A DNA stretch of 64,000 bases from Podarcis muralis (taxonomy: Eukaryota), in the NCBI RefSeq assembly GCF_964188315.1, contig NC_135670.1, positions 3,286,001 to 3,350,000 of the forward strand, written 5' to 3'. Below the pieces are notes generated by a model. It saw only the letters and a list, made by a program, of their open reading frames with translations, made no database searches and was not told where the DNA came from. A program made the translations under genes and the position numbers. Positions 52,833 through 64,000 of the stretch are shown here, piece after piece. Position 1 is the first letter of the stretch, and the number at the start of each line of letters is the position of its first letter.

Positions 52833-53535
52833 AATCCAAGTAAAGCAAGTAAAGTTACTAGTACTGTACAAGTAACCAGTAACAGATCCGTCCTCCCTGA
52901 GTCAATCTGTTAGGAGCAGAGGAAGCTACCTTATACTGAATAAGACCCTTGGCACATCTAGCTCAGTGCTGTCAACACGGACTGGAAGCAGCTCCTCAGG
53001 GTTTCAGATGAGGTGTTTTCCCAGCCCTTTCTGGAGGCATCAAGGATTGAACCCAAAACCTTTGCTTGCAAACCACACGCTCTTCCACTGAGCCATGATT
53101 CTTCCTTGGCCTTCCTTCTTCCAGTTTGATATTGGTGATGTAAACAGATGGCACAAATTTAGGATGCAGACGTCTCTCAGAAGTTGTGAGTCATGATGGC
53201 AATGTGAAGCCTCCAGGTCTGGAGGCAGCCTACTACTGAATGCCAGTTGCTGGGGAGAGACAGTGAGAGAAGGTTGTTGGCATCCAGCCACACTGGTAAG
53301 CTTTCTGGAGGCATCTGACCGGTCATTGTGAGAAGCAGGATTCTGAGTAACATATACCCACTTTGGCCTGATCCAGCCAGGCTTCCCAAGCCTATAATCA
53401 CAGAATGGTAGAGTCGGAAGGTACCCCTAATGGTCATCTTGTCCAATCTCCTGCAGTGCAGGAATCACAGCTAAAGAAACCAATCAGGAGGTCAGGCAAG
53501 GAGTCAATTGACTTTGCTGGAATAAAATATCTCTA

Positions 53536-53877
53536 AAGGACCCCTGACCTTAGGTCCAGTCGTGGCCAACTCTGGGGTTGCGGTGCTCATCTCGCTTTAT
53601 TGGCCGAGGGAGCCGGCGTACAGCTTCCGGGTCATGTGGCCAGCAGGACTAAGCCACTTCTGGCGAACCAGAGCAGCGCACGGAAACGCCGTTTACCTTC
53701 CCGCCGGAGTGGTACCTATTTATCTACTTGCACTTTGACGTGCTTTTGAACTGCTAGGTTGGCAGGAGCTGGGACCGAGCAATGGGAGCTCACCCCGTCG
53801 TGGGGATTCGAACCGCCAACCTTCTGATCAGCAAGTCCTAGGCTCTGTGGTTTAACCCACAGCGCCACCCGTGTCCC
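53536..53877 (-). mobile_element. Sauria SINE, near full length
   Basis: Typical body; 14-bp TSD ataaaa(t/g)atctcta (53522-53535, 53878-53891). Confidence 0.9.
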
Positions 53878-56526
53878 ATAAAAGATCTCTAGACCCTCTC
53901 AAAAACCTGAAGCAGGAAGGAGTCCCTAGAATTCGGTGAGCCATGAAAATATAAACTGGTTTAACTTTAGTGTGGCATGGAGGGAGCTGGCTCATGTCGA
54001 ACCCAGAGACTGTAAGAATTTGGCTTTGCTGTACAAGAAGCAGCTGGCCTGAGGGAACAAGTGGTTTTTGACACTTGCCACAGCGAAAGGTCCTCTTTCG
54101 CCCACACGTATGCACTGGGGCCTGACTCTTGAGTTGAAAGCGGCCCAAGTCACTGCACTCAACAAAATTCAGCTGATGCCCTTCCTGTAATCACCAGAAA
54201 GGAGAAGCAAAACTTGACCCAGCTGCTGCCAGTTTTCTCTTCCTGAGCTCACTGATGCTTTCTGCACCCTTGCAGAAGGTTCAAAGTCCTTGTTTTAACT
54301 TGCAAAGGCCTGAACAATTCAGGTCCAGGAAACCTCAGGGACCACCTGAACCCTTATATATCCAGCTCAATTGCTGAGAACATCTGCAGAAGTGTTCTTG
54401 GTCATCCCCCAAGTGGGCAAGGCTCATTTAACAAGAAGAAACCAAGGTGTCTTCTGTGCCAACTTTTAAACACCTGCTGAAAACTTTTCTGTTCTGACAG
54501 GCCTATGCAGGAAATTAAGAATATGCCATTGTTCAATGGTTAATTGATGCCTGTTTTTAACTCTCATTTTTAAAAACAAAAAACAAAATTATTTTATGGT
54601 TTTATGTTTCATTGCTGTGAACCGCTTTGGTTTCTTTTTAAATGGCATAGTGGTATAGAATTTTTTTTTAAAAAATTAATAAATAGTAAACATTTCAAAA
54701 AGCCAGGCCAAGTTGGACCAAGTCTAGAAGTTTTGCTCCCTGCAGCGAAGGACAGGATGACATGCTTGTTTCCCACTCATGTTCAGGACTGGTACTTGAA
54801 TCTCACTTAGGAGCGCAGCCCTAAGGATATGAATATGGAACCTTCTGCATGAAAAGCTGGTGTTCTATCACGGAGTTACAGCCCTTCCTTTAAAAACAAC
54901 AACCTCATGGTTTTGAAGAAACGGCCAGTTTGAATAGGAACTGAGAAAGTTGCCTTATGCCGAGTCAGGCGGTTTGTCCAACAAGCTCAGCATTGTCTTC
55001 AGTGACTGGCAATAGCTTTCTGGAGTTTCAGGTGGGACATTTCCCTGGCCCCACCTAGAGATGCCAGGGATTGGACCTGCATGCAAAACAGAAGCTCTGC
55101 TACTGAGCTAATTGCTAGTAAATTCAGAACAAAAGAAAGCTCTTTGACACAAGGCATTGCTAGTTTTGGGAAATCACCCCACCCCACCTTGGTTGGTGGC
55201 CACTGGTTCACATGGCTTTTTCAAAAATCCAAAAGGTTGAGCAAATCCATGGCCAATTGCCAAGACTGAAATCAAACCTCCAAGTCCAGATGCACTATAC
55301 CCCTGAAAACCAGGCAGGGGGCAGGTGACAGCTGGTGCCTTTGTGCCCTGCTTTGGGGGCTTCCCAGGGGCACCTGGCTGATTTGAGTTGGAAATAGGAT
55401 GCTAGATGGACTGGACCCCAATTCCTCTTTGTCATTATGATCCCAACTTGTAGCTGTAGCAGCGATCCAGTGGCAGCAACTGAGTCAACCTGAGACCACT
55501 CCCCCACTCCCTCCCTGAGAGACTGCTGCCCCCTTCAAGATTTCATTGAAGCACCACCTCTTCACCTCCAGGCCTCACACTCCTCTAGCCCTGCTGGCCC
55601 AAGCAGATAATGCACACAAAAAGCATTCATGGAGTATAAAAAGGACTTCGTTGAGACTTGCTTTTAGCAAGTTGCCTGCTCCTAGGGCTTTCTCTGAGTC
55701 CCTTAAAATTCTGTCCTTGACCACCTTTGTTCACTTGATTGCTGGACCTTGCTGGGCTGCTTCATACCCAAAATATGACCTAGCACGCCTGCTGGATCTT
55801 GCACCCTCCTGACTGTGGGCTCCACCTCACCAGGACTGGTCATTCATGGAGGACGTGGCTTGGCTCACTTGCTTGAGTGATCTACTCTGTGTGTTCCTTC
55901 CTGCTTTCTCTGCTTGAGGATGTTCTGATGCCCTGATTTGCATACACCAGGCATGTGGAACCTCAGGCTCCGATGCAGTGAGCAAACACGGCCCTTCAGC
56001 CCTCTCTATCTGGCCCTCAAGACCAAGTCACACACCCCTCATCAGCCCCTGCTTTGCATCCTCCCCTTGTAGGTTGTTGCCCTGCTGGGATGTGTCCTTA
56101 CACTCTGAAAACGCTTCTCACTTGCCTGGATAAGAGAGGAATACCCAAGTGTAGAGACCCTGGCTCTTTCGCGTTGGGAAAATTTTCATTCTGGGATCCA
56201 AGAATCAGCTCAATAAAAAGATCTGCATTAATCTATGCTGGATTTTGTATTGGCATTGAAGTTGAGGTAGAGAGAGAATGTGTTCCTAATATTAGTAAGT
56301 TTCCCATTTTTCTTGCAGAGGAAGAACCAAGAGACATTTTGTGTTTAAAAAAAATGAAAATGAAAGAAAGCTTTTTAATATGCTGTCACAGACAACTGCC
56401 TATATCATTGCAGCAAAACAGCTTTCATGGAAGTCCCTTGTTAGTGCTCCTTAATGTCAGCTCAGGAAGCCAGCCATTTGCTGACACGAGGGCCACTTCT
56501 GGTGTGGCAGTGCATGCATGGACTGG

Positions 56527-61424
<4,898 letters not shown>

Positions 61425-63134
61425 CCTGGAACGGGAGAAAGGAGGGCAAGGATGAGGAAGGGAGGAAAGTATCGGGTCACATTTAAAGCACATGGCTTCC
61501 CCCAAATAATCCTGCCCACTGTAGCATAGCCCTCACATTGCTGCAATCCCCAGCACCTGGAACAAACATCTGTTCCCAGGATCCTTTGCAGGAAGTCACA
61601 CGCTTTTAATGGATGCTGGATCTGATTTGGGAGTAAGGATGCACAGGATCAAACCCAGCCAGCCACCCACCCAGGAAGTTTAGAGTGGGACCTCTGGCCA
61701 GTCCTCATCTGCCAATCTTACTGACCTCACTGGGTCATTGTAAGGTATAACACGAGGAGGGGTGTTGACTGGGTAAGACCACGTATGCTTGTCCTGAGCT
61801 CTTTGAAGGAAAGGCCAGCTCTTTAGATTGGTAAAGTTTGCTGAGTTCAAAAAGAAGTGAGCTGGTCTTGGTAAGTTTGGGGTCCCCCCTCATTCTGCCA
61901 GGTGGGGCGTTGGACTGCTGCCTCCCAAAACCTACCTGGACGGCACTTCTGCTGAAAACAAGTTATTTTTCTGTCTTCTACAGCCCCTTCCCCCCTCTCT
62001 CTCCCCAAAACCCGTCCTTTGAAAGGACTAGGAAGATAAAAGAGTCACGTGCAGCGCCACAGCTGGTTCCCATTAATACACTAAACAGCGCCATACGTCA
62101 TCACTTTCAGCAAAACCAAGATCTGGTTACCTTTGTTCAGCTCCGTAGGGAGCAAAAAAAAATAAACCGAAAAACTGGGGCAAGCTAAATCTCAGTGGAA
62201 CCCTGTAGGTTCAGGGCTTCAGACAGGAGCCTTTCACAGCCCTTCCTAGAGATGGGACTGGGGATCTTTCAGAGGATTTTTTGTTCCTCCCACCCCCCAA
62301 AATAAAGTAAGATTCTAGTCCTCATGGTTCTGAAGAAAGGGCTGATTTAAAGAGGAACGTAAGAAGTAGCTGTCTTATCCTGAGTCGGGCCACTGGGTCT
62401 ATCTAGCTCAGTGCTGTTGACGCTTGGCTGGCAGCAAATCTCCAGGTTGCCAGAGAGGGAGTCTCTCGGCAACATCTGCAGAGGACCAATTACATGCCTG
62501 ATTTGGATGACTGACAAACCACCACAAGGCTGTAGCAGTGATGGCCAACATGTTGCCCTCCAGATGATGCAGGTCTAGATTACCATCGCTGACCATCGGC
62601 CACATTGGTTAGGGTTGTTGGGAGGTTTGAGCCTTAAGGAAGGTTTGAGCCTTAATAAGGGATGAAGGGATCATAGATAATAGGATCATAGAGTTTTCCC
62701 CACCCACTTCCCACCCTAGAAGGGTCGTCTAGTTGATGGAGAAGACATCTTTGATTTGGCCCATGTTTCAATGCAAACCCACATAATTTGTGCTTCTCTC
62801 AAAACAACACGTAAACTGAAACACAGCCATCCTTCAAAATTCACCGCTCTCCAGGTTTTGCAATGCATTTCTCTGATGCTCAGTCGGTATAAGAATTCAT
62901 ATGAATAAAAATGCAGTTTAGTGAAAACTGCAACCAAATGTATTATGTTAAATTCCCTGCAAACAATGTGTATATTAGGCAAAAATTGCATGCAAAAAGA
63001 TGTTTATCAGTTGAAATACATGCTAAAATGCATTTTTAAAAAACAAATAAATCATGAAATGATGCAGAGGACTGAAAAAAGCAGAAACCGAAATTGGTAG
63101 ACCAGTCACCCCCTCTCTTCTACAGCTGTCTTAC

Positions 63135-63425
63135 CTGAGTTAAAACTCAGCCACCGAAGTTCTCTTGCAAGGGCAGGTCTGCAGGGCAGAAGTTGCTTTT
63201 TAAAATACCCAAAGATTGCAACTGAGTGGACGAATGCCCGCGGGCTGCTTGGCTTTATGCTGAGCTGGTTTTGAGGAAGTCTAGCCAGGCGGTGGAAAAT
63301 CTGGGCTGTTTGTCTCAGGCAAAGTTTACTCAGGTTTGCAGACTGACCCGTGGTAAGAGAACGAGGGGGGCTGGGAGTGGGGAGGCCTGGTTGCGGGAAG
63401 AGGATCAACTTCCTCACATGATCCT
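63135..63425 (-). promoter_or_regulatory. CTSK: Candidate CTSK promoter and non-coding exon 1
   Basis: Donor CAG|GTAAGA at 63135/63134; TATA-like TTTAAAAA (63197-63204); overlapping PU.1 (ACTTCCTC 63408-63415) and M-box (TCACATGA 63414-63421). Confidence 0.6.
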
Positions 63426-63604
63426 TTGGCAAAGATCACATCACTTTTCCAGCTGGCTCAGGCTAAACTTCAGCTCTGACGGGAAGTGGATGGGAAAAAC
63501 AGTTTCCAATCCACTGCTACTCCTGCTCAGAGCAGAGGGATATGGATCTACTCTGAGTAGAGCTTAGTTAGCTGTAACCTAATAAAGAATAAGTAACAAA
63601 TTTG

Positions 63605-63970
63605 TTGCTTCAGCAACTTGAATATGTGAATTGGAAACTAAGTTATAAGAAAGACGAGGTGGACAATATGAAATAACTATACTATGTTTATTTTTAAGAT
63701 ATAAATAACGGAGATACAGCATTTTGAACTTAGAAACATAGTATTTGAAAGATACAGTAAGATATGAAACAAGGTAACAAATTGCTGGTGTTCTAATTGC
63801 AAAGAACGCAGGGTTCGGAAGATGTGGGGAAGTCCAGTTGGAATGGCAAAAATAATTTGGAAAGTTGGTTTTTATGTACCTCTTTTTCTCTTTACCTTTA
63901 TTCTTTATTCTTCATTCTGTAAATTTCTAACTGTTGGAAAGAAAACTTAATAATTTTTTTTTTTAAAAAA
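63605..63970 (+). mobile_element. Probable L1/Tx1 3'-UTR insertion (366 bp)
   Basis: A-rich end and 20-bp TSD aagaataa(g/a)taacaaatttg (63585-63604, 63971-63990). Confidence 0.65.
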
Positions 63971-64000
63971 AAGAATAAATAACAAATTTGCTAGGTACTT

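Overview
Eukaryotic (squamate, probably lacertid lizard) genomic DNA covering the conserved vertebrate block GOLPH3L - HORMAD1 - CTSS - CTSK, with all four genes on the minus strand. All coding exons could be reconstructed by hand with GT-AG junctions and consistent phases: GOLPH3L (4 coding exons, 285 aa), HORMAD1 (14 coding exons, 391 aa, including 37/21/27-nt microexons and a C-terminal closure motif), cathepsin S (7 coding exons, 332 aa) and cathepsin K (7 coding exons, 333 aa). Introns and intergenic DNA are dense in squamate repeats: Sauria SINEs, two other tRNA-derived SINE families, BovB, CR1, L2 and L1/Tx1 LINE 3' fragments, hAT and Tc1/mariner MITEs, and two LTR-like pieces. The taxon call is inferred from these repeats. 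Most notable observations: (1) a 953-bp hAT-type element with TIRs and a perfect 8-bp TSD encloses ~780 bp of unrelated cargo including a CpG-rich promoter-like segment, a candidate Pack-type capture; (2) an unclassified repeat family carries an IRF/ISRE motif at its end and sits beside both cathepsin promoters; (3) a zero-spacer tail-to-tail Sauria SINE pair lies in CTSS intron 3; (4) CTSS has unusual S2-pocket residues, and HORMAD1 lacks the C-terminal SQ site. Repeat family names and mammalian comparisons come from recalled sequences, not database searches.
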